A DNA stretch of 64,000 bases from Maridesulfovibrio sp. (GCF_965140835.1 NZ_OZ223526.1); one strand, 5' to 3'; shown: positions 48,222-58,770, counted from the first letter of the stretch. Program-made: numbers and translations. The notes: generated by a model from the letters alone, not told the origin.

Positions 48222-48250
48222 GGGGAGAAAGTAGATAATACTTCCTCCCC
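48222..48250 (+). terminator. Weak hairpin after the prepilin peptidase gene
   Basis: GGGGAGAAAG-loop-CTTCCTCCCC with one mismatch and no clear T-run. Confidence 0.35.
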
Positions 48251-48274
48251 AGATTCCGTTAAACGGAAATTTAC

Positions 48275-48535
48275 TTATACGCCGAATGGACCGAACTTCT
48301 TAACGTATTCCTGAAGTTCTTCCCAAAGGTGTTCGGAAAATTTATCATACTTTTCAGCTGCGGTATCGTAGCTTTCAAGTTTTTTAACAACATTTGCGGC
48401 CTTGTCGTAAGCAGTCTTGAATTCAGCCTCGTCCATGCCAGCCAATTCCATAGCTTCTTCTTTGGAAAGGTGACCGGTATGGGCAAAAACACCGGACAGA
48501 ACGCCCATCATATTTTTTACGTTCTTTTGAGCCAT
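48275..48535 (-). CDS. 86-aa helical hypothetical protein
   Basis: An ORF with a GGAG-containing RBS (AAGGAGTATTACTAAAATG) and a downstream TTCCGTTTAACGGAA hairpin. I recognise no family. Confidence 0.5.
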   Translation of the reverse strand: MAQKNVKNMMGVLSGVFAHTGHLSKEEAMELAGMDEAEFKTAYDKAANVVKKLESYDTAAEKYDKFSEHLWEELQEYVKKFGPFGV

Positions 48536-48747
48536 TTTAGTAATACTCCTTGAATAAATGAAATTTTAAACTACCTCACTCCGTATGCTTGGAGATAACA
48601 CTATTTAGTTCATAATTGCAAGCGGTTCCCGTTATACGTTATCATTACACTTCGACATACTTAGCTTATCGGTAAAATCCAAGCACCGTTGCTTTTTCGT
48701 TAATGCAAACGTATTATTCTACTTTAAAACATTATTAAGAGATCAAG

Positions 48748-49875
48748 ATGACCACAATAAACAACAGTATTTGGATAAACGCAGGGGAAGCCTCCGGTGA
48801 TATGCACGGAGCAAGGCTTGCAAAAGAACTGATGGAACGTGAGCCAGACCTGAAAGTTATGGGCATGGGCGGTTCAGCTATGGAAAAAGCGGGCTGCGAT
48901 ATACGCTACCCCATGCAAATGATCTCACTGGTAGGGCTGACCGAAGTTCTTCCAAAAATCCCCCGCCTGCTCAAGCTTTTCGGGCAGATTGGTGATATTC
49001 TGAAAGCTGAAAAACCGAAAGCCATAATCCTCATCGACTGTCCTGACTTCAACTTCCGGCTGGTTAAAATAGCCCGTAAGCTGAATATTCCGGTGTACTA
49101 TTACATCACCCCGCAAATCTGGGCATGGCGTCAGGGCCGGGCAAAGTTCCTGCAGAAACATGTACGCAAGATTCTCTGCATCCTGCCCTTTGAACAGCAA
49201 TTCTTCAAAGACCGCGGGGTTGATGCCCAGTATGTCGGGCATCCTCTACTCGACCTCATGCCGCTGGAAGAACTCGATACCATTGAACCCGACCCCAATC
49301 TGGTCGGAATCCTGCCCGGAAGCCGGAGCAAGGAAATTTCATCACTGCTACCGGAATTCGCCATAGCGGCTGAACGGCTATCCAAGGATTTCCCGCAACT
49401 AAAATTTTCCATCGCCCGTGCACCAGGGATAAAAGAAGAAAAACTGCGCCATTTTTGGCCGAACCACATTCCGGTAACCATAAACCAGCCGGAAAACAGG
49501 TACCGCCTCATGCGCAATTCAAACGTCATTATGGCAGCCTCAGGCACAGCTACCCTTGAATGCGCGCTTATCGGAACGCCTACTCTGGTCGCATATAAGA
49601 TGTCTGCGCTTAGCGGCTTTCTGGCAAAAAGAATTCTTAATATCAAATATGTCAGCCTTGCCAATATCATCCCGGACAAGCTTATCCTGCCGGAATATCT
49701 GCTTGAACAAGCCACTGCCGATAATTTTTACAGCCAAATCAGGCAATGGATCAGCTCACCGGAATCCGCACAAGAAGTCCGCGCAGAACTAAGTGCACTG
49801 CGTAAAATGATCGGTGAACCTGGAGTGGCTGAGCGAACAGCTCAGATCATTCTTGACGATATAAACAAAGGATAA
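48748..49875 (+). CDS. lpxB: Lipid-A-disaccharide synthase
   Basis: IWINAGEASGDMHGARL...DCPDFNFRL...ILPGSRSKEI...SGTATLECALIGTP. Confidence 0.9.
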   Translation: MTTINNSIWINAGEASGDMHGARLAKELMEREPDLKVMGMGGSAMEKAGCDIRYPMQMISLVGLTEVLPKIPRLLKLFGQIGDILKAEKPKAIILIDCPDFNFRLVKIARKLNIPVYYYITPQIWAWRQGRAKFLQKHVRKILCILPFEQQFFKDRGVDAQYVGHPLLDLMPLEELDTIEPDPNLVGILPGSRSKEISSLLPEFAIAAERLSKDFPQLKFSIARAPGIKEEKLRHFWPNHIPVTINQPENRYRLMRNSNVIMAASGTATLECALIGTPTLVAYKMSALSGFLAKRILNIKYVSLANIIPDKLILPEYLLEQATADNFYSQIRQWISSPESAQEVRAELSALRKMIGEPGVAERTAQIILDDINKG

Positions 49876-49903
49876 TTTTATCCTTCAAAAACCGGGAGTT
49901 ATT

Positions 49904-50614
49904 ATGAAAAAGATTCTCTTACTGTTTATTTTACTGGCAACAGTGACTTTCAGTGGATGTGTAGCTCGTAAAATTCCCGGCAAAGATGCTTTTTACTCCA
50001 CCAAGTCACCATCCCTGACAGTAAGGTTTAACGATCTTAAATATCAGGGAGAATACAAAAGCACTATAAAAGCAGCTAATATTCATACTTGCTTTTATGC
50101 TGACCCAAAAGGTGACAAAGGAGCCTGGATAGAAATTATTGATGTCCGGCAAGGTTGGGAGATACGCCCCAAACGAGTGCCGGGGAAACATTTTCCCAAC
50201 ACAGGAGTATTCACCCGTAAAATAGCGGGAGAAGACTATTACGGCCGCAGCTTTATGATCCTGCCCGGTAAGAATGAACGCAGCTCGGAATCATTGCCCG
50301 ATTATACGGCAGTAAGAATTTACACCAAACTCATATCGACTAAGAAAAAAATATCCATCGGGTTCGCGGAAAAAATTGATCCCGCTGCGGCCAAGAAGAT
50401 CTTCAGCCATCCTGATTATAAGGATTTGACCAAAGAGCAGAAAGATTTCTTTGCCGCCTTTGGCAAAAGGGCAGACTCTGCTCTCAAGCTGAATAAATTT
50501 CAAAAAGGTGACATCAACGACGAAATCAAATCAGCGGTGGCTATCAAGGACCCTTGGTATAAATCCACTGACTTCATGCCTATTGCGCAGCAGGTTGGGA
50601 AAGTTCAGCGGTAA
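49904..50614 (+). CDS. Lipoprotein of unknown function
   Basis: Signal peptide plus lipobox (TFSGCV). I recognise no family. Confidence 0.6.
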   Translation: MKKILLLFILLATVTFSGCVARKIPGKDAFYSTKSPSLTVRFNDLKYQGEYKSTIKAANIHTCFYADPKGDKGAWIEIIDVRQGWEIRPKRVPGKHFPNTGVFTRKIAGEDYYGRSFMILPGKNERSSESLPDYTAVRIYTKLISTKKKISIGFAEKIDPAAAKKIFSHPDYKDLTKEQKDFFAAFGKRADSALKLNKFQKGDINDEIKSAVAIKDPWYKSTDFMPIAQQVGKVQR

Positions 50615-50684
50615 GTTTTAAATATTTAAGACGCAAAGAAAACAACTTTCCGGCAACTCGAAAATCAATCCTGAATATTGTGCA

Positions 50685-50719
50685 CAAAAAAAACCCCGGA
50701 GCCGATCCCCGGGGTTTTT
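50685..50719. terminator. Bidirectional intrinsic terminator (dsrC / lipoprotein gene)
   Basis: A8-CCCCGGA-loop-TCCCCGGGG-T5. Confidence 0.75.
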
Positions 50720-50793
50720 CTGACTTTGGACTCACTGTGAAGCAATCACCGCGACTGCTCCACAATTCACAAACTATTTTTTCTGAATCAAAA

Positions 50794-51111
50794 CTATACG
50801 CAGCCTGTGGGCTTAGGCAGACCAGCCATTTTACAAGCTCCCTTACCGGGACCGGAGGGGAACAGCTCATAAATGTGCTTGAGTTTGTATCCGGTAACCT
50901 TGGAAAGGATGCGGACCATAGGTGCGATACCGTTCTTCTTGTAGTAGTCCTGCAAGAAGTCGATAACTTTCTGGTGCTCTTCGTTCAGCTCTTTGATGCC
51001 TTCGCTTTCTTTACAGAAATCAACCCACTCGGGGCACCAGTCTTCGAACTTGAGCAGGAAGCCGTCTTCGTCTACGTCAAAGCTTTTTCCCTGAAATTCA
51101 ACGATTGCCAT
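50794..51111 (-). CDS. dsrC: DsrC (dissimilatory sulfite reductase-associated TusE/DsrC family protein)
   Basis: 105 aa. The C-terminal arm GKGACKMAGLPKPTGCV carries both conserved cysteines, one penultimate and one 11 residues upstream. A strong GGAGG RBS is present. Confidence 0.9.
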   Translation of the reverse strand: MAIVEFQGKSFDVDEDGFLLKFEDWCPEWVDFCKESEGIKELNEEHQKVIDFLQDYYKKNGIAPMVRILSKVTGYKLKHIYELFPSGPGKGACKMAGLPKPTGCV

Positions 51112-51516
51112 GTAAAACCTCCTAAAAATTAATCGTAAAAGCGACCTGTCGCTTTAACAACAGGATATAGTGAATTTCCCGAAATCCAATTTCGAGGAAA
51201 ATTTCTCACTCACCCAAAGTGCCAATTAAAACCTTGGCAAAAAAAATTCAAGGAAAATATTGTGCGAGTCTGCATATTTCACACAAAAATGTTCAAACCA
51301 ATAGAGATAAGTCCTTAAACATGGCTCTTCTAAGCTTAAAAAATTAATTCGTCGTTCGCAAAAAGAGGAAAATATTTACATTTCTTTCGTATTATTAAGC
51401 TTTTTCCACGGCAAAATCGTCCTCCCCTTAAGCCATAACACACCATAATAAATTAACATTTAACCTAAGGAACAATTCCTGCTTTCTATAATTCCATAAA
51501 TTCAGGAGGAACTAAA

Positions 51517-51801
51517 ATGGAAATCAGTTTTGTTAACGAATCGGTAAACCAAGTTGTAAAAAAAGAGCGTCAGAGCTATCCAATCCACGCCGGTGTCACC
51601 CGCGAACACAGACTTGATTCTGTCTCAGACAACATAAAGGCAGGCCTCAAAACAGTCGAAGAAAGCCCGGATAAACTTCTGGAACAGACAGTTGAAGCCA
51701 GTGCTCACGAAGGAGCAATTGATGGTGCACACGATTTCAACATGGCAAGAATAATGGAACTTCTCTCCGACCCTCTACTTCAGGAAGATGTGCCGGAATA
51801 A
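51517..51801 (+). CDS. 94-aa acidic hypothetical protein
   Basis: Strong RBS (CAGGAGGAACTAAAATG) and its own strong terminator. No recognised family. Confidence 0.5.
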   Translation: MEISFVNESVNQVVKKERQSYPIHAGVTREHRLDSVSDNIKAGLKTVEESPDKLLEQTVEASAHEGAIDGAHDFNMARIMELLSDPLLQEDVPE

Positions 51802-51855
51802 TAATCACGCCGCACAAAACGATTTTCATTGGACCTGGTAGTTCATATTTTGGAA

Positions 51856-51899
51856 AACGCAAAGCCCCGGAAATACTAAATCCGGGGCTTTGCGTTTTT
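51856..51899 (+). terminator. Intrinsic terminator
   Basis: AACGCAAAGCCCCGGA-loop-TCCGGGGCTTTGCGTT followed by TTTG, a 16-bp stem. Confidence 0.75.
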
Positions 51900-51957
51900 G
51901 TGCGCAAAATGGTAACTAGAGGAAGTTTCAGCCTGTAACTGGTTACGACATCCTTCT

Positions 51958-52617
51958 ATGAATAAAGTCAGCTTGATAAAAACCCCGGACAAACCTACCC
52001 CCGGTTACCCACCCATGGAGTCCGCCCTGATTGCACCACCTGCGGTGGCGATTGATCCGGCGTGGACTGTTCCTTCCGCCGGCCAATGCATTGACTGGTG
52101 GGATGATTACAAGATGCTGGACAACATCAAAGCCCACAGCAAGCTTGTGGCCAAAGTTGCTGTTCAGGCTTCAAAGCTTGCGTGTGAATCCGGCTTTGCG
52201 GTCGATATCCCTACAATTCAGGCTTCCGCCCTATTACACGATATTGCCAAAAGCTATTGTATCCACCACGGGGGCAACCACAGCCAGATAGGCGCAGCAT
52301 GGTCCATGCAGCTTACCGGAAACCCTGCCATTGCCATGGGTGTTCTACATCATGTTTTCTGGCCTTTCGAGCCGGAGGCTGACAAATATTTCCTTCCGCT
52401 GGTCATAAGTTACGCTGACAAACGCGTGATGCATGACTCATTCACTACACTTGAAAAACGGTTCAGTGATTTGAAGGTCCGCTACGGCAAGACCGAAAAA
52501 ATCAAGCAAAGAATTCACAAAACATACGAGCAGTCCCTTGTACTTGAGGAACGGCTCAGCAAACTTATTGGAGTTGATCTCAATGCATGTTCTCTTGATT
52601 GCGGGCGGCTGGTCTGA
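51958..52617 (+). CDS. HD-domain phosphohydrolase
   Basis: H...LLHDIAK...HH...YADKR pattern. The start codon is uncertain. The 3' end overlaps the ddl start. Confidence 0.7.
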   Translation: MNKVSLIKTPDKPTPGYPPMESALIAPPAVAIDPAWTVPSAGQCIDWWDDYKMLDNIKAHSKLVAKVAVQASKLACESGFAVDIPTIQASALLHDIAKSYCIHHGGNHSQIGAAWSMQLTGNPAIAMGVLHHVFWPFEPEADKYFLPLVISYADKRVMHDSFTTLEKRFSDLKVRYGKTEKIKQRIHKTYEQSLVLEERLSKLIGVDLNACSLDCGRLV

Positions 52618-53491
52618 GGAAAGGGAAGTCTCACTGAGCGGTGCGAAAGGCATTGAACAGGCCCTGCTTGAACTCGGCCACGATGTTGAATTCGTTGACC
52701 CGGCAAAAGACTTTAAGAACATCCTGCTTTTAGCTGAACATGCAGATTTTGCCTTCATTAACCTGCACGGTTCTCCAGGCGAGGACGGGCTTATTCAGGC
52801 CATGCTCAATCAGGTAAACTGCCCCTATCAGGGAGCGAAACCGGAAAGCTCTTTCCTGACCCTGAATAAAGCGGCTACAAAAACCGTCTTCGACCTCAAC
52901 AACATCCGTACTCCGCGCTGGGAGCTTGTCTGCCCGGCCGAAGGATGCAAGGGGTTGGAAGAATTGAAAGTCCCGGTTTTCATTAAACCGAACACAGGAG
53001 GCTCCAGCCTCGGGATGACTTTTGCCCGGACGCAGGAGGAACTTGAAAAAGGCATTGAGACCGTGTTCAGCCTCGGTGACAGCGCTCTGGTGGAAGAATA
53101 CATCAAGGGTGTTGAAGTTACCTGTGGAATTCTGGACAACGAGCCGCTGCCCCTTATCTTGATCACGCCACCTGACAGTGCGGAATTCTTTGACTACCAC
53201 AGCAAATACGCCCTCGATGGTGCGGAAGAAATATGTCCCGCCCCCATCGATAAGGAACTGACGGAACAGATTCAGCAGACAACCGCCAAGGTTCATAAAC
53301 TGCTGGGTTTGAGCGACTACAGCAGGGCGGATTTCATAATTTCTGAGGGAGTACCCTATCTGCTGGAAGTAAACACTCTTCCCGGCATGACTCCGACAAG
53401 CCTTGTTCCGCAGGCCGCGCAGGAAGCAGGTTATTCATTCAATGAACTGATTGCCAAGCTCATTGAACTGGGACAGAAAAAGCGGAAGTAA
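52583..53491 (+). CDS. ddl: D-alanine-D-alanine ligase
   Basis: MHVLLIAGGWSEEREVSLSGA...AFINLHGSPGEDG...KPNTGGSSLG...YLLEVNTLPGMT. The ATG at 52583 is preferred over the 15-codon upstream extension. Confidence 0.9.
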   Translation: MHVLLIAGGWSEEREVSLSGAKGIEQALLELGHDVEFVDPAKDFKNILLLAEHADFAFINLHGSPGEDGLIQAMLNQVNCPYQGAKPESSFLTLNKAATKTVFDLNNIRTPRWELVCPAEGCKGLEELKVPVFIKPNTGGSSLGMTFARTQEELEKGIETVFSLGDSALVEEYIKGVEVTCGILDNEPLPLILITPPDSAEFFDYHSKYALDGAEEICPAPIDKELTEQIQQTTAKVHKLLGLSDYSRADFIISEGVPYLLEVNTLPGMTPTSLVPQAAQEAGYSFNELIAKLIELGQKKRK

Positions 53492-53552
53492 CTTTTTTTC
53501 AACCGGTCTGACAGCACATCGGGCCAAGGAACGGAAACGTCAGGACTAATAC

Positions 53553-54827
53553 ATGTCATTATCACTCAAACTCAAAGCTGTATCATTTCTTTACGGTCTC
53601 GGCTGGAAAGCCGCTATCCCTTTTCTCAAGAAAAATGACAGACTTAGGGAAGGCTTTGACCGCCGGACCCTTAAACACAGCCTGCCACCCCGCGCTGATG
53701 TCTGGATTCAGGCCGCTTCCGCCGGTGAAGCCAAGATAGCTACCCGGATTATGGAAAGTATTTCCATGACTAAACCGACGAAATTCCTGCTTACCACCAA
53801 CACTGTGCAGGGCATGTCCGAGCTTGAGAGAACCGCGTACCGACTAAGCCCTAATCCGCGAAATGTTTCTGCTTCAACAACATATTTCCCCTTCGACAGC
53901 CCGGATATAGCCCGCAAGGCGCTGGAGGCTGTCCGCCCAAAACTGGTTGTGCTCATTGAAACCGAAATCTGGCCCGGATTTCTTTCCGCCTGCAAGGAGC
54001 TAGGCGTGAAAGTAATCATTATTAATGGCCGCATGACTACAAAGAGCCTTGCCGGTTATATGGCTCTGCACGATTTTTTCCGTTCCGTGGCCCCGGCTGA
54101 AATTCTCGCAATCTCTGAATATGATGCGACCCGCTTCAAGACCCTTTTCGAGATCGAGAAAGTATCCACCATGCACAATGTAAAATTCGACGGAACGAAT
54201 ACTGCCGACGCAGTACCTTACACCGCCAACCCGCTTTCATCCATTTTCAGGCCCAAGACTCCGTTCATCATCCTTGGTTCCGTGCGCAAGGAAGAAGAAT
54301 CTCAGGTACTCAAACTGGCTGAGTCCCTGAAAAGAGAACGCCCTAAAACTGTGATCGGACTTTTTCCGCGTCATATGCACCGCATCGACGCTTGGAAAAA
54401 GATGCTTGAGGATGCGGGGCTGCCCTGGATCTTGCGCTCTGAAATAGATGGCACTGTACCTTTCGGATACATTGTGCTTTGGGATGTTTTCGGTGAAATG
54501 CAGTCTGCATTCTCCCTTGCCCGCGCCGCCTTCATCGGCGGTTCGCTGGCCCCGGTCGGCGGACAGAATTTCCTTGAGCCGCTGACCTACGGTGTCACAC
54601 CGGTTATCGGCCCATATTGGTCAAATTTCACTTGGGTCGGCGAAGAAATTTTCGAAACGAAACTGGCCCGTCAGGAACAGAATTGGGAAGGAGTGCTTGC
54701 AGCACTTCTGGACATAAGCAAGAAAGCTTTCAAACCAGAAAAAGTAAAAAAAGATTTTAAAAAATATCTCGCGGACATGCGCGGTGGTACTGCGGCAGCT
54801 TGCGAAGCTATTAAACGTAATTTGTAG
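53553..54827 (+). CDS. waaA: 3-deoxy-D-manno-octulosonic acid (Kdo) transferase
   Basis: VWIQAASAGEA...ETEIWPGF...INGRM...GGSLAPVGGQNFLEP. Confidence 0.85.
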   Translation: MSLSLKLKAVSFLYGLGWKAAIPFLKKNDRLREGFDRRTLKHSLPPRADVWIQAASAGEAKIATRIMESISMTKPTKFLLTTNTVQGMSELERTAYRLSPNPRNVSASTTYFPFDSPDIARKALEAVRPKLVVLIETEIWPGFLSACKELGVKVIIINGRMTTKSLAGYMALHDFFRSVAPAEILAISEYDATRFKTLFEIEKVSTMHNVKFDGTNTADAVPYTANPLSSIFRPKTPFIILGSVRKEEESQVLKLAESLKRERPKTVIGLFPRHMHRIDAWKKMLEDAGLPWILRSEIDGTVPFGYIVLWDVFGEMQSAFSLARAAFIGGSLAPVGGQNFLEPLTYGVTPVIGPYWSNFTWVGEEIFETKLARQEQNWEGVLAALLDISKKAFKPEKVKKDFKKYLADMRGGTAAACEAIKRNL

Positions 54828-54912
54828 TTGAAAAGCTTTCGGCTACTATGCCGGGGCGAAACCCTTTCAACCAAAAACTCAAAACGTAATCAAAGTTAGG
54901 TTTATTTAATAA

Positions 54913-55656
54913 ATGAGTATAACTTACGGATGTTACGGAATTATCCCGGCCCGCTATGATTCGAGCCGTTTCCCGGGCAAGCCTTTGGCTGATATCTGCG
55001 GCAAACCCATGTTCTGGCATGTCTGGAACCGGGCTTCCAAATGCCCGGAGATGGACAAGGTAGTGCTGGCCACGGACAGTGAAATTATCATGGATGCGGC
55101 TGAAAAGTATGGTGTCCCGGCGGTTATGACCTCTGCCGAGCATACCAGCGGAACAGACCGCGTTCTGGAAGCAGCCCGCAAACTGGAGCTTCCATCCGAT
55201 TCTGTTGTGGTCAACATTCAGGGTGATGAACCCTGCCTCGAACCAGCCATGATCTCGGAACTGGTTTTACCATTCGCTAAAGACGGGGTCCGTGTAACAA
55301 CACTGGCCGCCCCCATCAGCGCGACCGAAGCCAAAAGTCCTGACCGGGTGAAAGTAGCACTTGCAAAAGATGGCCGGGCGTTATACTTTTCCCGCGCACC
55401 CATTCCATTTTCCCATCAGGGTGACGGGGATTACCTTCTACATATCGGCCTTTACGGCTTCCGCATGGAAGCCCTTGAAACCTTTGCCGGCACGGACGTT
55501 TCGCCTCTCGAAAAGAGAGAGCGGCTGGAACAACTCCGACTGCTGGAAAACGGAATACCCATCCATGTCACCATTACAGAACACTCCTGCCACGGAGTGG
55601 ACCGTCCAGAAGACTTGGATACAGCCATAAAGATTCTTGAGAGGGAGAAAATATGA
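54913..55656 (+). CDS. kdsB: 3-deoxy-manno-octulosonate cytidylyltransferase
   Basis: [25 protein letters not shown]...TSGTDR...VNIQGDEP...[10 protein letters not shown]. Confidence 0.9.
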   Translation: MSITYGCYGIIPARYDSSRFPGKPLADICGKPMFWHVWNRASKCPEMDKVVLATDSEIIMDAAEKYGVPAVMTSAEHTSGTDRVLEAARKLELPSDSVVVNIQGDEPCLEPAMISELVLPFAKDGVRVTTLAAPISATEAKSPDRVKVALAKDGRALYFSRAPIPFSHQGDGDYLLHIGLYGFRMEALETFAGTDVSPLEKRERLEQLRLLENGIPIHVTITEHSCHGVDRPEDLDTAIKILEREKI

Positions 55657-56777
55657 AAGCCATTCTGGCACTTGAAGACGGCACCTACTTCGAAGGAACC
55701 TCCTTTACAGGACCGGGCGAGTCCGGTGGTGAAGCCATCTTCAATACCGGCATGACCGGATATCAGGAAGTCCTTACCGACCCCTCATACACCGGACAGA
55801 TGGTCTGTATGACCTATCCGCTTATCGGCAACTATGGAATAACTAAAGAAGATATTGAATCTGCAAAAGTCCATGTTGCCGCTTTTATCGTCAAAGAGTG
55901 TTGTAAGCACCCTTCCAACTGGCGCTCTGTGATGTCCCTGCCTGACTATCTCAAAGAAGCTGGAGTCATGGGCATTGAAGGCATTGACACTCGCGCACTT
56001 ACCCGCCACCTGCGTCTTAACGGCGCAATGCGCGGCATTATTTCCACCGAAGAACTTGATCCCGCAAAACTGGTTGAAAAGGCAAAACAGCTGCCTACTA
56101 TGGAAGGCCTGAACCTTGCGGACACCGTAACATCCGAAAGCTGCTATGCTTGGAAAGACGGCAGACCCGCTCCCGTCGATGTCGCCAATGGCTACGAATG
56201 GAGCGGCAAAGGCCCCCGTCTTGTTCTCATTGATTACGGTGTGAAATGGAACATTCTGCGTCTGCTTGGAGAGCAGGGTTTTGAAGTCCTTTCCGTTCCC
56301 TCGCACTATAGTGAGGAACAGGTCAGAGCTCTGAACCCCGATGCGATTTTCCTTTCCAACGGTCCCGGTGATCCGGCAGTTCTGGATCAGGCTGTTAAAA
56401 ACGCCAAATCCTTCTGTGAAGACCTTCCCGTAGCCGGCATCTGCCTCGGACACCAGATTCTGGGACAGGCACTGGGAGGCAAAGCCTTCAAGCTGAAGTT
56501 CGGTCATCACGGCTGTAACCACCCGGTAATGGATATGGAAAGCAAAAAAATCGAAATTTCTTCACAAAACCATGGGTTTTGCGTTGACATTTCCGGCTGT
56601 TCCGATCTTAAAATCACCCACAAGAACCTTAACGACGAAACATTGGAAGGCTTTGCCCACAAAACCAAGCCGGTCATCGCAATCCAGTTTCACCCGGAAG
56701 CTGCACCCGGTCCGCACGATAGCTGCTACTTCTTCGCCAGATTCCGAAATCTGGTAAAAGAAGCAACCGGAAAATAA
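55653..56777 (+). CDS. carA: Carbamoyl-phosphate synthase small (glutaminase) subunit
   Basis: [10 protein letters not shown]...[17 protein letters not shown]...GICLGHQ...QFHPEA. It overlaps the kdsB stop by 4 nt. Confidence 0.95.
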   Translation: MKAILALEDGTYFEGTSFTGPGESGGEAIFNTGMTGYQEVLTDPSYTGQMVCMTYPLIGNYGITKEDIESAKVHVAAFIVKECCKHPSNWRSVMSLPDYLKEAGVMGIEGIDTRALTRHLRLNGAMRGIISTEELDPAKLVEKAKQLPTMEGLNLADTVTSESCYAWKDGRPAPVDVANGYEWSGKGPRLVLIDYGVKWNILRLLGEQGFEVLSVPSHYSEEQVRALNPDAIFLSNGPGDPAVLDQAVKNAKSFCEDLPVAGICLGHQILGQALGGKAFKLKFGHHGCNHPVMDMESKKIEISSQNHGFCVDISGCSDLKITHKNLNDETLEGFAHKTKPVIAIQFHPEAAPGPHDSCYFFARFRNLVKEATGK

Positions 56778-56806
56778 AATGCGATAAATAAAAGTCGGAG
56801 ACTCAT

Positions 56807-57607
56807 ATGTCCGGTGAACTGACCAATGCCAGAAAAAAACTGGCAACTGTCCCTTCCCTGCTCAAACAGAAGAAAGCAATGCCCGCAGTTCAGGCTGCCT
56901 ATGATGCTGTATTAATCATGCTCAAAGGCGGGCTGATGAAAGCTGAACGCGAGGAGTTTCAGGAGCTGATCGACAGCACTGTCCACATCCTCAACAGCGA
57001 TAAAAAGCTGCGGGAAGACTATCCGCTGATCATCAACTACGCTCCCGGCCAAGAAAAAGCGCTCATGGAGACACTACGTGAGATTCTGCAGGAACTGCAG
57101 AAGAAAGTAAGTGACGGAGCGCAGCAGCTGCTGGCTGCCATGGCCAAACGGAAAGCCGACCAATTGGACAAAGGTCAGGCACTTCTTGACGAAGATAATG
57201 TCTCGGAAGCCCAGAAAATATTCAATTCACTTATCCGTGAATTCAAGGATGATACTGAACTGCGCGCAGAAATCGCGGACAAATTCATCAAATCCGGGCT
57301 TTATAATGAAGCACTTGAATATCTGGAAGAAGCGCTAAAAAACGATCCCAATGCAATATTCCTATACAACCGTATCGGAATAGTTTTGCGCAAAATGAAA
57401 GATTTTGCATCAGCTGAGAAATATTATCTTAGAGCTCTCAAAATTAATCAGAAAGATGAATATCTCTACTTCAACACCGGGCGTCTCTATTACGACTGGA
57501 AGAAATGGAATAAAATGGCGATAGCAGCTGAAAAAGCTCTGGCCATTAACCCCGGTTTTGCTGAAGCAGAAAAGATGCTTAAGTTTGCTCAGAAAAAAAT
57601 GGGATAG
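56807..57607 (+). CDS. TPR-repeat protein
   Basis: C-terminal TPR units: YNEALEYLEEALKNDPN, FASAEKYYLRALKINQ, WNKMAIAAEKALAINPG. Confidence 0.75.
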   Translation: MSGELTNARKKLATVPSLLKQKKAMPAVQAAYDAVLIMLKGGLMKAEREEFQELIDSTVHILNSDKKLREDYPLIINYAPGQEKALMETLREILQELQKKVSDGAQQLLAAMAKRKADQLDKGQALLDEDNVSEAQKIFNSLIREFKDDTELRAEIADKFIKSGLYNEALEYLEEALKNDPNAIFLYNRIGIVLRKMKDFASAEKYYLRALKINQKDEYLYFNTGRLYYDWKKWNKMAIAAEKALAINPGFAEAEKMLKFAQKKMG

Positions 57608-57714
57608 CCGGATGCATCTTGGATGCTAAAACGCTTTTTTATAAATGTGTTTTAGACTCCCGAAAACCTTAGCGGGCTTCACCGGTGGCATTACTGCACT
57701 GTATAGAAATCTCA

Positions 57715-57745
57715 GGGGGGACTGTTTTCAGTCCTCCCTTTTTTT
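57715..57745 (+). terminator. Intrinsic terminator after the TPR gene
   Basis: GGGGGGACTG-TTTT-CAGTCCTCCC followed by T7. Confidence 0.7.
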
Positions 57746-57758
57746 AATGAGACCGAGA

Positions 57759-58292
57759 ATGAAATATATTTTACTTGACCGTGACGGGACTATCATTGTT
57801 GATAAACATTACCTGAGTGACCCTGAAAGAGTTGAACTTTTCCCCAACTCCGCGCAGGGCCTGAAAACCATGCAGGATGCCGGATACAAACTTCTGGTAA
57901 CTACCAACCAGTCCGGCATTGGTCGGGGTTACTACTCAGAAGAAGATATGCACGCAGTAAATACGCGTATGTCCGAACTCCTGTCCGGGTACGGCGTTGA
58001 GGTAAAGGCAATTTACTTCTGTCCCCATGCCCCCGAAGAGGACTGCGGTTGCCGCAAGCCTGCCCCCGGTATGTTTGATCAGGCGATTGATGACTTCGGC
58101 TTGGACCCGAAAGAATGTTATGTGATCGGCGACAAGCTCTGTGATGTGGAGTTGGGCTTGGCCCGCAAAGCAAGGTCTATTCTGGTCCGAACTGGCAAAG
58201 GACGAAGAGAAGAGGCTTCATGCGTGGGAAAGGCTGACTACATTGCAGACGACCTGCTTGATGCAGCAAATTTTATAATCAAGAACAAGTAG
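57759..58292 (+). CDS. gmhB: D-glycero-D-manno-heptose 1,7-bisphosphate phosphatase (HAD-IIIA)
   Basis: MKYILLDRDGTII...TNQSGIGRGY...CPHAPEEDCGCRKPAPGM...VIGDKLCD. The ATG at 57759 lies downstream of the terminator. Confidence 0.8.
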   Translation: MKYILLDRDGTIIVDKHYLSDPERVELFPNSAQGLKTMQDAGYKLLVTTNQSGIGRGYYSEEDMHAVNTRMSELLSGYGVEVKAIYFCPHAPEEDCGCRKPAPGMFDQAIDDFGLDPKECYVIGDKLCDVELGLARKARSILVRTGKGRREEASCVGKADYIADDLLDAANFIIKNK

Positions 58293-58312
58293 TTCCAAGA
58301 AGCGAATTTAAG

Positions 58313-58744
58313 ATGAATAAAGTCCTTACCTTAAAACAATTCCAAGACCTTGCTTTGGAAATGATCTCCCTTGAGCCGCACGTGGAAGTCACAGCTGAAA
58401 ATTTCAATATGGGTGACGAAGAAAAGGGAATTGAAAAAGTGGCTGAGGTCTATGGATTTTCACGACACAGCAAGCCCGGTTATGAGATTATTTTCGACTG
58501 GGTAGCCAAAGGAAATCTGGACGGCTTCCTGATTGACATGTTCGATTTCACTATTGAACCGTATAAAAAAAGCGACTTCTGCCCTATCTTCAAAGGTGCC
58601 GTTGTTCTCGACGACTACAAAGAACCGTTCGAAGGACACGAGATAGCCCAGAAAATTCTGGAGCTTATCAAACCGGAACAATGGACCAAATGGATTGTTG
58701 AATATCTTCCCGAGCCACGCATGCTGGTAGAGATGGAAGATTAA
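58313..58744 (+). CDS. 143-aa hypothetical protein
   Basis: An ORF 20 nt after gmhB, with a terminator downstream. No recognised family. Confidence 0.5.
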   Translation: MNKVLTLKQFQDLALEMISLEPHVEVTAENFNMGDEEKGIEKVAEVYGFSRHSKPGYEIIFDWVAKGNLDGFLIDMFDFTIEPYKKSDFCPIFKGAVVLDDYKEPFEGHEIAQKILELIKPEQWTKWIVEYLPEPRMLVEMED

Positions 58745-58770
58745 ACTTCAGGCATAGCGTACAAATTATT

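Noticed and set aside
51211-51224. TGGCAC motif upstream of dsrC on the minus strand, considered as a sigma54 promoter
   Set aside because: The -12 position reads GTGA instead of TTGC at the required spacing, so only the -24 half matches.
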